A DNA stretch of 64,000 nucleotides from Podarcis liolepis. Taxonomy: Eukaryota. How positions within the stretch are numbered: position 1 is the stretch's first letter; every line of letters starts with the position of its first letter. The position numbers were made by a program, and so were the translations under genes. The stretch is from assembly GCA_965112155.1 (NCBI GenBank), contig OZ218098.1. One strand, given 5' to 3'. The notes below the pieces were generated by a model. The model worked only from the letters and a program-made list of their open reading frames with translations. It was not told the origin of the DNA and ran no database searches. Shown in pieces: positions 37,236 through 51,760 of this stretch.

Positions 37236-40200
37236 GCTACATAAAAACTACACATGTCATTTCCTCTCCTTTCCAAACTCACTAACATGCAATAACTTGT
37301 TTTAATGCCAGGTCTAGCCTTAGAACATGGGAAGTGTGTGTTGAACATGAGCAGAGTGCTTCGCTCTCCCAACTGTGTACTTGCACCTAGACTCTAAAAC
37401 CTGGGAGTGAGGGGCATCGTCATTGCTGCCTCCTTTGCAGTTTTAGTTGCATAAGTGTATAAACGTAAATGTAAAGGTACCCCTGACCGGTATACCCAAA
37501 CCCAAATGTAGAAGGATCTGTCAAACTGGATATAACATAGTCTTCTTGCTCATGGAGTTATTCCATGTTTGTTAGTCAAAGGACGTTGAGGAAAGACTAT
37601 TCAAATTTTCTACTGTGCTGTCTACAAGACTGACCTGAAACTGGAAAATAGTGAATATATGCACCACCTGTTGCTTAAACTAAAAGTGTGATTTAAAGTT
37701 TCATTTCTGATTAGTGTCGGGCTGAGGTATACAGCCCAACAACTTCTTTAAGTTGGGTGGAGGAATAATGGCCACTTAAGATTTTTGTGATCTTTCAAGG
37801 CTAGGTGGAATTTCTAAAAATAAAAATCCAGAGACAGCTTGCCTGACAGATGAGAGGAGGCAGAGAGTTGTAGTTCAGTTAGTATTTATTTTCCCTTAAA
37901 AAAAAAAAAGCCACTGAGTTTCAATAAGAGGCAGCAAGCTGTTAGTGACACTCAAAAGTGGCCCAGTGGGAGCAATGCCATTTCAGAAAAGCAAATACCA
38001 TGGGACCACTCTTAATGGGCCAGCCCAATTAAGAGCTCTTGCCTTCTTTGCCTAAAGCTCATCAAAAGGGGAAGCAGAGTGCTGCCCAGAAAATGCAGAC
38101 AAGACAACCCCCAAGGCAAATAAATGCCAGTTCTGTTTGCAGTTCTATCAGGACGTCAATGAAACAAACAGCCCACAAGATCAGTTATCAAAGTCAGCAT
38201 TTGTCATAGACTTAAGGTTCAGATCTCTCTTTCACAAGGAATCCTGCTGGGAGACAAGCCGGGGTTCATATTCATAACATGCAAAGATGGCACAGTGTTT
38301 ACAAACCTCATTTCAAAATCAAGGAAAGCAGAAGGGGACAAAGATAAAAATCTGGGGTCATAAACCGCATGCAGTACCCATCTGCAGAATATTTCACAGG
38401 GCACAGACATAGCACAGCCTACATCCTGACTGACCCTTCCTTTCCCTGCCAAAGTATATGGAAGAATAAAAAAGAACGAGCAACCGTCTGTACAGACCTC
38501 ATGAACAGATTGCTAATTCGATGCATTTCAAGAGAGCTCGACTCTTCTCTCTCCAACAGCTTCATTTGTTTACTCATCCATAGGACAATTTTAACTGGGT
38601 AGTTCTAATGTCCTGCTATACACCTGAGAATCTGTGGTACATATTACATATAAAACTTCATCATGCTTAAGCAGAGACCAAGAAAGAGGCACATTTAGAT
38701 TTTGGGAATAGCTCCAAAAACACACCTCCTTCTGTGGAGGTGGTGTTGTTGTTGTTGTTTTGTCCTAGCAAGTGTTAACTAATTAAAATAGTTGTAGTTC
38801 TGCCTAGCTGCTTGATCACAGGGTTCAAAGGCAACTGATAATATGCAAAAATCAATAGATAATAACTGCATGATTTTTTTTAAAAGGCAGTAGCGACTTA
38901 CAAAGGCATTGGGGTGGGCGCAATGATGGTGTAAAAATGTTTCTCTCAGCCTTAGATGTTCATTTATGACTTTGCAGTGTCCATGGTGAACATAAACGAG
39001 AATGCCCCCCACCCAACACACCCTGATGTGTGCTGCTTTGCAGAACCAGGTGTTTTTGCTCCTGGGAATGAATGGGTTATCATCTCACCCAGGCAGGTGG
39101 GTGATCTGCAACTCCTGCCTCTTCCTGGTGGCAGGGAAGGCCTAATGAAGGCTCTGTGGGAGGGGAAGTGATAACAGAAAATATCCACTCCATGGACCTT
39201 AATGATACTTTTTCAACTCTCCTATGCTTGGAAAAAACACTTTAGTAAAGTAGTGTTGGTTTCAAATAGACCACAATTGAATCACAGTATTAAAAACATA
39301 GGACTGTCACCTGACAATCAGTTGATCATGGAATGGTTATTTTCCTGGCCCAGGACTCCTCGGAGGCAGAGTCCTGTGGCAACAGGAGCTCTGAGAAGGA
39401 CCCACTCCTTAGCCCAACCAATCCCAAGTGAATCTGCAGACACTTCAACCTCTACTGAGCCCCAAGGAGATATTTCTGCCATCAGACTTTGATGGGTGGC
39501 CCACAGACTCTTGGGGGGCTTAAGAAACCCCCCACAGCTGGGAACTCCATTACCCGGAAGGAATCAACAGCTGCAGAAGGAGGCACTCAAAGGGCAAGGC
39601 CTCCAGTTAATGATTACGTAGCGTTCATATATTTAAAGCACATTGTTTCCCCCAAAGAATCCTGGGAACTGTTGTTTACCACTCACAGATTTACAATTCT
39701 CATAATCCTTAAACTACAGCTCCAATGAAAGTAATATGCTTCAAATGTATAGTACATATGCAGCCTAACACGGTATACTCAATGAGATAACTTAGCTGAG
39801 TGAGTACTATCCATGGTCCTGAAACCACACATTGGTATTGCGGTTTTGTTAAATTTTTGCTATTGCTCATTTTATAACTGATTATTTTGAGAATTTATAT
39901 CATTATTTTTATTGGTAGAATATAGCTCTATTTCAACTTTGAATGCTGTCACAGAAAAGTAAATCAAATCATTTTATTAATAATAAAACACAAAGCCAAT
40001 GGGTATCATTCTCCTAATTATTATATTCCTGACTTCTTGTAGCTGCACTCATTCCCTGGTGAATCTTTGGATGCCATCACTTTGGATATGTTGCCTTCCC
40101 AAACTTTCTAGAAATGACCTTTCTACCTTTCACCCTTCGGGGTTATTTTTTCCTGCAGGTAACTTGGCTTGCCTTTTGATTCCACCCTCTGAGAGACAGT

Positions 40201-41559
40201 ACCTTCCTGACCTTCCTTTTGGTAATGCACTCTTGGAGGTTGGCCCTTCCTATAGTAAGAAAAAATCAGAACTGAAAAACCACTATCTCTTGCCTTAACT
40301 ACTGCATCAATGCAAAGCAACTAAAGTGGTGCTTACTAGCCATTTCCATTGAAGTTATCTTAGGTCTTGATGCCTTACCTGTGCATTTTTCAACTCAAAA
40401 CTGCCTAGAGATTTACTTGGCAAATCAGGGCTAAAATATTAACAAGCTTTTATCTTAACTGCTGCAAGAACAGCAACTTAATACCTGCTTTATAAGCACT
40501 ATTCCAAGCTTCTCCTGTTGGATGAAAAGGTCTCTTTGCCTTAGGTATTCATTTTGCACTGTTTTTAAATCCATCTTTAGTTGTTGTTGTTTTGTACTGT
40601 TTTAAAAATTATTTCAGCTGCTTTTATATGTTTGCAAATCACCTTGAGGCACATGAAAAAGGCAATTAATACATTCACTGAGGAGGAAGGAGAATTTTTT
40701 TTTACGTATGTTCACAGAATGCAGTACCTTACTTAATCTGTTTTTAAACTCACATTCTCCAATAGTGATACAAACATGGTGTGTTAACTGTAACTTCATA
40801 TCATATTATTTTGAATATATGTCTGTGTTCACTTGAACCTTATTTTTTGGATGTACAGGATTTTTAATGCCCCCTATCACTTACATTAGCCCAATTTATT
40901 TACAAACGAACCCAATTTATTTGTCTGTTTATTACACATTTTCAAACTGCCCCATACAAAATAAAAAAATGCTCAAAGGGTGATTTACAAAAATAAAGTA
41001 GCATAAAAACATGGCAGGATTCGCCTAACCAGTACCAACAAACATCTACTTGTGCAACAGGGCTTTTCCCTCTCTCCTCCTCCCATGCACTACCTCAAAT
41101 TGGCCTGGGGGGAGTCGGGGGAACCCCCAGAACAGTGCAAGAGGGAGGAGGGGAGGTCATTCCCTCTGGTGACGTACACAGACAGAACATCTAGAATAGT
41201 GATGTTGAATTCCACTCATAATGCATAGCACACAATGTCCTTTTTAATAGAATTGTACCTTTTTAGGGTCAGTTAGGCCCCCAAATATGTAGGAAGCTTA
41301 CAACTAGTGAATGGCAAAGAATGAATTTACAATTGCAATTTCTGCTTAAGGATAAATGCTATGTTCCATGCCATCAAGCAAGGAGAGGAAACCATCTGAA
41401 CAAGTGGCAAGTCCACCGAGCACAAAACTTCTTAGCCTGTTTTTTCCTGTATCTTTCACAAGGCCCAGGGCAAGAAGCTGCTTCCCCAACTAGAGTGCTC
41501 ACAAATAAACGGAACAGGCTGTATGTAGGGCAGTCATATTCATATCACCAATTTTAATC

Positions 41560-41665
41560 ACACTTAAAGCACATAGCTTCCCCCACAGAATCATGGAAAC
41601 TGTAATTTCTTAAGGGTGCTGGGAACTGTAGCTCTGAGGGGTAAACTACAGTTCCCAGGATTTGA
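41560..41665. mobile_element. Palindromic MITE (GGGAACTGTAG / CTACAGTTCCC family)
   Basis: Inverted GGGAACTGTAG and CTACAGTTCCC. Related copy at about 39630-39765. Confidence 0.55.
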
Positions 41666-41681
41666 CTGCTAAAGTGAGATT

Positions 41682-41686
41682 ACACA

Positions 41687-41743
<57 letters not shown>
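41682..41743. repeat. Compound microsatellite (CA)n(GA)n
   Basis: Direct reading. Confidence 0.98.
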
Positions 41744-41747
<4 letters not shown>

Positions 41748-42618
41748 TAAAACATACTTTGCATTAAGCCAAATGCAGCAATGGCTAAAACAAGTTTGGC
41801 CAGCAATGGCTAAAATATTTCAGGAAATGGTGGAATAAAGGTCCACACACTAATTGGAAACAAACAAGAAAATGGGTTCTATTTCACGTTAAAACCCTTA
41901 TGTTCACCTGAAGCCAGATGTTTTCTCAGGAGTAGCTCCTTGCTAGACAAGCTCAGATACCACACCACAGAAACTGCATTTAATGGATCTAGATGGCAAG
42001 TCAGGCAAGCTAAGCCATTGTCAATTATGATTAAGGTTACCCAGAAGTGGCCTCTGTCACAAGTGGTGAGTTGTCTCATCATTCACCAGAATGAGCAAAG
42101 ACTCCCACAAAACGGTAGATCTGTCACAAATGATAAAGGGGTTAGGGGCAACTCCATGGGCTGTGCTGGACAGGATAACTTCTCACTTACTTTGCTTTCA
42201 TTTGTTTTTGATTGCCCTCTCTTCAAAAGGGCAATCCATTCCTCTCCTAAAGTAGTTTCACCAGCATGCTAGTGACAGAAATAATTCTTTGCCAGTATAA
42301 CATGCCAAAATAAAATAAAATAAAGTCTTCTGAAGTAAGAGAAATATCTAATAAAATATGTGACCCACCGCTTTTCAGGGCAGATAAGAATATTTAGACA
42401 CGCCCCCAGTAAAATTCAAAATTTGTAGAATTCTTCCACGATGGATAGAATATTGACATTGGCCAGACAAGTTTTCCAGACACGCTAATAGCCAAAAATA
42501 ATGGGAAATATGGTCAAAATTCAGAAGACCCATCTTGTTATACTGGGGAGGGCTCCATCAAACAGCAGGCCAAGCAATCCATGTTCTGGAACAGAGGGTG
42601 AAGAAGCTCCCCCTACAC

Positions 42619-42742
42619 CAGTGGCGTAGCGTGGGTTATCAGCACCCGGGGCAAGGCAAGTAATTTGCGCCCCCTAACCCTAACCCCCAGATGTTGCACC
42701 CGGTGCGGCCGGCCCCCCCTGCACCCCCACGCTACGCAACTG
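42619..42742. mobile_element. Young GC-rich hAT (Tip100-like) MITE
   Basis: TIR CAGTGGCGTAGCGTGGG / CCCACGCTACGCAACTG (16/17), perfect 8-bp TSD CCCTACAC, CpGs retained. Confidence 0.9.
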
Positions 42743-45700
42743 CCCTACACACCTTTGATCCAGTCTCAAGGTGTGTGGGGGGGGATCTGCAGTGGTAGGC
42801 AAGGATATTAGCCTTAAAATGGGATGAACCACATGTGCAACAGAGGTTTTTTGTTTTTACAAGAGCAACAACCACCACCATCAGATTGGGGGAAAGGGGT
42901 TTTTCCATTTGCAGCAAAGGAAATTGTGTGGCTGTTGAGAAAACATTTTAAAGTGACGAGGTACCCTTTCATCAAACATGCAACAGAATATCAGTTACAG
43001 TGGCATCCACCAGACGCACACTTGAAACTCTGGAATTATGTTTTCCCATAGGAATCTGTGGCTCAGAGGAGATGGGTGGGTGGAAACTGTTTATTAAAGG
43101 GGGTTGTATCTTTTTTCAAAAATTTCTTATTTGAAAAACCAATTAAAAATATTTTTAAAAAAGAGAAAATGCAACATTTACTAACTTGTAAGCAGATCAA
43201 AAACAAATAAAAACATAATAAACATGAAAAATTGTGGCCCAAGCCAGCTCATTAAAAGCCAATCTTGAACATTTTGTCTTGTCTCAATAAAAACAGGTGG
43301 AAGTTTAACAAATGGAAGGATGACATTATTATCTAGATGCCCTATGCAAGCTTTATTTTTCTCAGGTTAAAAAGCTACCTATTCCACCATGCTGAGAATA
43401 AATCCAGAGTACCAAAGAGTTCCTGGCTGGTGGCAAGAAGTGATTTTAAATTCCTCTACAAAGGTTAAGAGCAATTTCTACAGAGCCCCCCCCCTTTACC
43501 CCATTCATAACCAACAGCAAAGGAGAGATGATGAAGAAAGTGCCACCCTTGAAATTACTTTGGCCTTGCAGTTTTTAACTGTCACAGGCAATTTATTTGA
43601 AATATAATTCCTGATTTGCTGGCTTCATTAAGCTTTCACAAGTAATTTTAAACTTAAACCACCATTGGCAAATCCATCATTTATTGATAGAAACATTAGG
43701 ACAGTAATGGAGTGTGACTCACGATGAAATAAGATAGAAAGGTATGAATGGGTGGATGTAAAAAGACTCCTTTTTTCCGCCCTGAACTTTTCCTGTGGCA
43801 AATCATGCACCATAGTCTCAGCCTTTTTAGGTGATGTTTAAGATCACCCTTAAAGCACTGTCTCCGCAGTGCCTGGAGACAGGCAGTTGAGTTGTGTATC
43901 TATAGCAGTGACCAGAGGAGAAATGACCACTGGGAGGAGTGCAGAGAGAAGAAATGCTATGGTGCATCTGCCCTTCATCTGCCCCAACTGCAACAAAGCA
44001 TGTCTCTCCTGCATAGGTCTCTACAGCTACGGCAGGCGCTACAGTCATCTAACATACTGACCTTACCCACAAAGGGACACTCCTCCATTGTCTTCTGAGA
44101 CAGACGGATGCCAACAAAGCTTGCAAACAGGTGTGGCAAATGTACATAAACAAACAAACAAACAAACAAACACAGAGCTTCCAACCTTCACTTCCAAAAT
44201 AAATATATTCTCTATTTACTTAAAATAATCCTTGAGTCACTAATTTGAAACTCATCTCCCTCTGCTCTTTTACATTAAAAACATGAGAATGAATGATGTA
44301 AGGGTGGCATAATATACCTTACCTTTCCACAAGCTCAAAGAGGCTCAAGTCATCTTTTAAAAAGCAACAGGCTGCCTTTCAAAAATGACCAGAAACTTCA
44401 GATGCGTCAAAATGTAGCTAGTAAAGTTCCAACTGGAGTTGGGTTTTGGAAGCCTTGAAACCCCTAAATGGGTTCTGGTCCCAAGTCTATCAGCTATACA
44501 CTCCGGTTAGCTAGAGAGTCCTTTTTCATATCCCACCATCACCTGAGCCTAATTTCTCTCTCCAGTTCTCCCCCATTAAAGGGGTAAGGGAAATTCTCAA
44601 GGGAGGAGGGGGAATACACCAAAATGTTTTTGGGAAAGGACCTGGCTTACCAGGTATGCTGCATGTCAATACTTCCGGCGGTAACTGGGCCTTCCTGCTT
44701 TTGGGCAGGCCAGAATGCTGATGGGGATGGTCTCATCGACATCTTGCTCAGCTCCATCAGGAATTGCAGCAGGATGGGCTGCTTTAAAATGAACCTCATG
44801 TGACCAGGGAAAGTGTGAAACATTAGAAATAAAGGGGTGTGTGGATATTTTCCCAGGCTCCCCTCTGCTTTCACAGGCAGCTTCTATTCATCCCAAATTG
44901 CTGAGAAAAGCTGTGCTGAAAATATCAGCCCAGCTCAAGTTGAAAACAGGTTTTCAAGATGACGAGTATATTTGTGAGGCTAATGACAGAAGCTTAAAAA
45001 CAAAAGAACAAAATCAAAAATAAGCCCACTATGCATCCAAGTATAGTATTTACTTTACACATTGTGGATTTCCTACACTGAAATTTCATACATATATGTT
45101 ATCATGTTTCACAACTGCATGTGTAGTGCATTCAGTGTACTATTACATACACTGAAAAATCATGATTATTTGTACTCAGGAGCTACTTATCCAAAAGGTG
45201 TGCAGCAGTCTTGGAAGAGGCAAATTGCAAGCCCCTTTCACATGCTAATTACATGAAGGGAGCGCCACCTGAATAAGGGTGAAGCAGGATCACATAGCTG
45301 GCTCTGGCTCCTATGGGCCTGTTGCTTCCCTGGTCCTAACAGCTACTTGTTAGCCATTGACATCTGCTGGGGACAGACTACAAGAGCAAACTCCTTTCCA
45401 CATAGGCTGGAATCCTGATATCAGAGGGCTCCAGCTCACAAAGAGGTCTATGCAGCACTCAGGTTTCCCTACACAGCCGCCAGTGCTTAATGTGTGGACC
45501 TCAGGAGAGAGAAGCTGATGTCTGGGGCTAGAGATATGCCCCACTTCCCCTTAGTTATGTGAAGGGGGCTACAGTGGAACACAGATTGGCTAGCATCTTG
45601 AGGGGTGTTTGTACTAATATAGCAAGCAAGCGTATGAGTGTAATGGCATGCGAGCAAAACAAGCTCATTACACTGTGAACAATGTGCAAGATGTCCACAG

Positions 45701-45942
45701 TTTTAAAAGGCTCATTAAAAAACAAAAAAACAACACTTGGAGAACCTGTCAGTGCTGATTTTTACAGGAGAAACCGGAACATAATGTTTATCACTAATAA
45801 AGGAAGAAAGGGAAAGTGAGTAATAAAAAGAATGAGGCCTTCTGTGGGGATAAACCACCAGACTCATGCAGAGTCCGCTACCAATCATTAACCTGCCATG
45901 CCTAAGCAAACCTTGATGCAGGACAAAAGCTTGTGCTGCTCC

Positions 45943-45991
<49 letters not shown>

Positions 45992-46014
45992 CAACAACAA
46001 CAACAACAACAACA
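45943..46014. repeat. Compound microsatellite (ATA)n(ACA)n
   Basis: Direct reading. Confidence 0.98.
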
Positions 46015-48728
46015 GCTTCCCCCCAAAAGAAAAACCACAAATGAACAATTGACCTCTGCACTCTCAGTAGCTGCCTGTTTTTAAAGTCCTAATACGGGTG
46101 GAGCAAGGGCACTCAAAGTAGCTTGCCCACCTCCACTAAATGGAGAATAGCAGATTAGGCAACAACTGCTGTGGAGCAATTTCACAGTTGATGCCCAGCA
46201 AATAATCCTCAGTCAAATGAGGAATTATTCGCAGGGCACAACCTGAAAACGCTCCACAGGGGCAGCATTTATGCAGTCCATTGCTACACAGTAGTGAGGG
46301 TTACAAGGAAACACTGCCTGCAATAAAGCCAGATGTCAGTTAATATTTCTAAAGCAAAGCCATATTATTTTTATTATTATTAGCAGATGCTTGACTTCAA
46401 GTGTTAGTAATTTTGTTTGTGTAACTCTCATTCAGGGCTTGGTTTATGGAGAAACAAGTGAGGTGTAAATTTTCAATTTGCTACCAAAATCTAGTGGACC
46501 AAGGACACCAAGGGAGGAAATGGTGCCTCCAAAATGATGATACATGGATGGTGGATAGGTAACATTACCAATATGTACAACACACACTTCACAGATGTGG
46601 TCCTGCTATCATATATCTTGCTGTGACAGAACTGTCAGAATAGGGTAGGGTTATGACTAAGAGGTAGTGCTATCCTAGCCGTTTAGATTTGCCAGCTGAA
46701 GGGAGCTAGGAAGGAACAGAGATGCCTCCCCACTGATGGAGAAAAGCCTTGTGGGCATAACTAATAGAATTGAGGGGGGGGGGGAGTTAAAAAAAATCAA
46801 AATCTGTGTGGCAAAAAATAGGTAAGTTTGTACCCCTTACACAACTCCTGTCCCTAACTGACATGAGTCAGAGGAACCTGGGAGTTGTGGTAGATCTGCC
46901 ACTTTGGGTGTGTGCACACACACCATGCTCCACATAGGACTGCACTCTTTGTTGAGGTCAATAGGACACGTTTGTCATGGCTTAAGCCTCATTGGGCATA
47001 AGTTCAACTAATTTATTCTGGATACAGCCCATTGTTCTATATTCTCAATAAATTAGTTGTGCCTACCACATTACCCATTTCTTTCCACATGTCAGATAAA
47101 TCTATAATGGAAATCTTGACATTAATAGCACTTTATACTGCTCCCTCCCTCAGCTTCTTGCTAGTTTCAAAATGTAAAATAAAATTAAGTTTTTTGGGGA
47201 TTCATTTTTAAAGACAATTTTTCATCTCAAAAAGCGAAGACGGCATAAGACTGTGCTTTCAAATTCATAACAGTTAAAAGCCTCCTCTGCTCTCTATCCC
47301 TCCTGTCTCCAAACTAAATATATAAAGAGAGATTTTAGGAAAATTAATTGCAATAGTCTGCCTTTATGAATTTCAATGCGTGTGCAATTCATTTTCCCAC
47401 AGACAGCAAAGCAAGAAGGAGATCTTTTGCTGCCAAGGTGACAGGATTCATGAGCAGACCTGCTCAGGACTAATGAGGAATAAGTAGAGAATCCTCATTG
47501 GGGCTCTCCCAGGGGAGCTCTGCTTTCAATCACATACCATCATTTCTGCTTGTCAGCCCATGCCGCTGTTGGTGTAGAGGATATTAATGAAGCAAATGAG
47601 TATTGTGGTTTGAAAACAGGCCATTCTTGCTGCTCCTTCAGAATGATACAAAGAACCCAACCTGGTTGTTTCTGAAGAGGTCTAGCAAGGTATTCTGCAG
47701 CTCTCATAACTGGCTCAAAGGGGTATGTGTCAAGGTCCCAGCTGAGAGGGTCTTCATCAGAGGAAGAGGCTGGAGATCCCATTCAGGGCCCTGCTTCCAT
47801 GGAGAAACTTGCACCAGTCCAAAGGCATCCTCAAGAGCCCCAGCACAAAGATGCCTTTCCTGCCCTTCCACGACCTCCTCCTGAGGCCTGCCTTCAACCC
47901 TGATTCTCCTCCAATGCATACACCTCGGGCCTGAGGAGCAAAAGTGGCAGTGTACCAGACAGGAAGCACTAAGTTGCATCTTTTTTGGCTGTTAGAAAGG
48001 AGGAGATCTAGCTGCAAGCCACCACCCCGCTGCATGCATAGGACCAGTTACTGGCAAGTGACGCAATACATCACTAGGTTAACATCAGACCTCATGAATG
48101 CTTTAGCTCCAGCTACACTGCTGACTCTGGCTCCAGTCACTGCATCTGGGGCTGGTCATAGATATGCACACTGTGAGGTCCAACCCTCCACACTCCATCC
48201 CAATATTACTCAGCCTTTGAGTGTTATGTAAGTGAAATCCATACCCTCATCTCCAGTTTATCTCCAATAGGCAAATACTAATCTTTCCCCTCTGGTTCTA
48301 CCACATCATTACTTGCCTGGAAGGGCTGTGAAACCTGAAATGGCAAGTGCCGCCTATGAGGCAGGATGGGCCTACAGACATCTTATAAATCCCTTAAATC
48401 CAAATATTTAGAGTCATTTTCCTAAAGAAATGCAGTGGGAAATAATAAGGATTTTTTTCTTTATCATTTTCAATTTTGTTTCCTATATTGCTTCAACAGG
48501 TGAATTCCATGTCTAATGGCACCTCAAACGTTAAGAAATTTCCAGATATTAGTCTATATCATGAGGCATATTCATTAGCACATACAAATGACTGGTGAAT
48601 TTCTGCTTCCAGAGGAGATGGTTTATTTAACACATCACTTTGTATGGTTAGTGTTGGGGTCTACATATGATTTTTTAAAATGACCTATACCACCTTCAGT
48701 TTTAGCAGCTAGAGAGACATAGTATATA

Positions 48729-49094
48729 TGTTGACATTTCCATTCCACCTTAAGGAACAGGCATGTGGAATTGTTGTGTGTTACATGTCTGTTTACATTC
48801 CAGCACAGTATGCTGGGAATTTCAGTTTGTGTATTGCTTTTGCTTCTGCTGTTCTCTCCGAGACAACATGAGAGACGACATGTTTCTTTGTTCTGATTTA
48901 TGTTTAATAAATCTGCAGCTGTAGCATGACTTCACATATCTCACGCCTACTTCTGTGTGCGCAGTACACTCTGCTAATTACGTGCCCTGGCTTCTGAAGC
49001 TTGGGTCGCTGACTTACGTCGGAGCACAGGCCGATGAATGGAGATGTCCGAGCTGGGTTTGCCAGCTGGCCTCCCAGACCTCTGCATGTCGACA
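48729..49094 (+). mobile_element. Solo LTR (366 bp)
   Basis: TGTTGACA...TGTCGACA termini, internal AATAAA at about 48906, near-matching 5-bp flanks ATATA/GTATA, CpG-rich U5-like part. Confidence 0.7.
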
Positions 49095-49431
49095 GTATAT
49101 TGGCTTGTCAGCTATAATTTGATCCTTGTAAGTTTTTATTGTGAAAGAAATGGGTAGGATGTGTGATATATACATAAGACCAGTTCAGGTAGAGATTTTA
49201 AAAAATCACTTCCTACTTTATGCAGTTTAAGTATTAATTACCAATGAGTACAGAATGGCAATATTTTCAATTACAACATCAGTTGGTGTCTATCTATGTC
49301 CCACCTGCTTTGAGTGCTTTGGCATCTTCTAAACTATAGGAGGGAATTACTGGATCCGTACAGAAAATCAAACTTAAAACCACTGCTTATAAATGCTTAA
49401 TTAATTTTGGTAAGGTTCAGGAACTTAAGAG

Positions 49432-49564
49432 TAAGGTTACCAGACGTCCCTGTTTCCTGGGGACAGTCCCCAGATTTACAAATCAGTCCCCAGACAAAAT
49501 CCATCTATTTAGTAGGAAGTTGAATAGTGTCCCTGGATTCATTGAAAAAAATCTGGTAATCTTA
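49432..49564. mobile_element. hAT-Blackjack-like MITE
   Basis: TIR TAAGGTTACCAGA / TCTGGTAATCTTA, GTCCC subterminal repeats, degenerate 8-bp TSD CTTAAGAG/ATTTAGAG. Confidence 0.8.
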
Positions 49565-49689
49565 ATTTAGAGAAGTGTGGAGCAGGGAATTATAATTATG
49601 CAATCTAAACAATGGAAAATTGCTTTGGAATTGATACCGAAGCATACTTCCTGTGATATTAGAGATAGTACATAGCCATAACAACTAAG

Positions 49690-49800
49690 TATCCCTTGAT
49701 AGCCTTATTCTTTAAGGATTTGCAAAATCTGCTTTTCAAGCTGTCCAAGTTGGTGGCCATTAATACCTATTGTGGTAGCACATTTCATAAATTAGCTATG
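49690..49800 (-). mobile_element. CR1 ORF2 C-terminal remnant
   Basis: Degenerate translation resembling NLWNxLPQ-VxMATNLDxxKxxxxKxxxxKAI. Confidence 0.55.
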
Positions 49801-49951
49801 CTTCTGAGTCGGTGTTTCTAAAGGCACAAGCCTCAATTCTGCGAAAGTTAAGAGGGTGGAATCAAAACTTGAAGTGACCTGCTTTACAGTGATAGGCTTA
49901 TAATCACAGAGGTTCTTTCTGTAAACCTTGTCTGCTAGGGCCCCATACTCT

Positions 49952-50025
49952 AAGAACATAAGAACATAAGAAGACTTCTGTGGTATCAGACCAAAGGCCC
50001 CTTTAGTCTAGCATCCTATTCTCAA
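49952..50025 (-). mobile_element. CR1-type 3' tail with (AAGAACAT)n repeats
   Basis: AAGAACATAAGAACATAAGAAG...CAGACCAAAGGCCC...TAGTCTAGCATCCT. Related fragments at about 945-1027 and 6030-6145. Confidence 0.6.
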
Positions 50026-51583
50026 GGGTAAATAAACCTCTGTTTTTCAAAAAACACACGTCTACGAAGGCTGATATCAGAGAAACTGCTGTTGCATCCC
50101 AACTTTCAGTGTTGGCTCTCCTCTTCTCATCAGCTGAATGACTAATTTCTGAAAGGCAACTTTGTGAGGAGCTATCCTTAAAGGTGGGGGTATATAATAG
50201 CATAAGCTAAATAAATGACATATGGAATAAATTAACAAGGCAGCTATCAGAACTGCTGGTGTGGAGGAAGAACATGCAAAAGTCAAACAAGCGGCAAAGC
50301 AACTTTCGCCAGACCTGATATATCCTCCAGATGTTTTAGGCTAGAACTCCTATCAGCCCTAGTCAGCGCTGCCAAGCCCAAATCTGGACAGCATCAAGTA
50401 GGGGAAGGCTGCTGCAAAGTCTCACCGATGATGATGCATAGTAGGGAGCAATGACTCAGTACCCAAAAAGCATTCAAAATGGATGCCATACAGATGCTGC
50501 ACAGTTTCAGCTACATCATTATCTTGTATGTGCAAAACTGACATTTTCCAGAGCAGGAAAGAAGGGAGCGTCAATTTTATTTTATTCTTAAAATACATCT
50601 TCGGTCACTTCTTTGTGCTCATCTGTGGTAACAGAAGTCGTTATGAAAAGGTTGCCTCTGCTACTTGTACATAAATCAGCATCCAACAAGACTGTAAACT
50701 CCACAGCCAGTGAGGCCACATTCCACTGAGCACAGCCTCTGAAGGGTATTGATACCTGATAGCTGAATGGCTTGTACTGTTGGTAGTAGGAGAACCTTAG
50801 CTGACTATAACGTAAATATTAAACGATCTTTTCAATACATTTGGTGGCTCTTGGCAGCTATTTTCCTTCTGCTTTCTTCTCTCATCTCCCCCACCCCCTG
50901 GGAAAATCAATTTATTTATCTCCCTCGCTCCCCAATTCAGTGCTCTGCCCTTGGAAAGTCTTACATTGCTTTGTTAAAACATATCAGATGCTCCTTCTCT
51001 GCTGACTGCAGTATTCATCAAGGCGACAGTCCTGGAAGGAAATTGCAGCATGTTCTATCCTTTGCTGCTGTCAAATAACAGCATTACTTTTGTTGTATCT
51101 CCCACTGAAAAGGTTGCAGTTAAATATTGCTTTAGTAATTTGGCCTAATTCTGGTTTTACTACAGCATTTCTTCAAATGCCTATGAAGGAAACTAATGTG
51201 TCAAGCAGAGGATCGAACTAACATCTCTTTGCCTGCCATAAGATCTTTTCTCTGACATGTTTCATTACTCCCTCTTTCATTAATCTGTGGGTGGGTAGGA
51301 ATCAATAATCTCTTTCCTCCAAAGTACTTCAGTGCTTGAATGCCCACCCCCCATTGCTTAAGATTTAAATAATTTCCCAGTTTATACTACTAAATATTCC
51401 AATTTGCACTGCTATAGGATCTGAAAGTGATTTACATGCCTAGAAAAAAAGAATTCCTAATACGTGCCCTTTAGTGGCCTGAAGACACTGCTTGGGAAGG
51501 ACATGGAAGACCAAGTGTGGCTAATGACCTTTCCAGTCAAGGGTGGCAGCCATGGTGGTGAAGCCACGTGTTTCCCCCTTACC

Positions 51584-51760
51584 TAGGGTTGCTTTTTAAA
51601 AGGAAAACCCGAAAGTTTGTTGAGCTTTTTAAAGACAACCCCCATTGACTTGCCTAAGATCCAGGACAAAGCACCACCTTTCTGAAATTCCCCACAGACA
51701 TCAATTCCACCTTTGAAATCCCAGTAATATATGGGAAATTCCAGACATATGGCAGCCCTA
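51584..51760. mobile_element. hAT-Blackjack-like MITE
   Basis: TIR TAGGGTTGC / GCAGCCCTA with a perfect 8-bp TSD CCCTTACC. Confidence 0.85.

Noticed and set aside
42673-42688. CCCTAACCCTAACCC telomere-like repeat
   Set aside because: Only about 2.5 units and internal to a MITE, so not an interstitial telomeric array.
45715-46038. ORF with poly-Cys and poly-Tyr
   Set aside because: Translation of the (ATA)n(ACA)n microsatellite.
50104-50136. Second hammerhead-like CTGATGA...GAAA on the minus strand
   Set aside because: No stem II or stem III pairing and no UH site.
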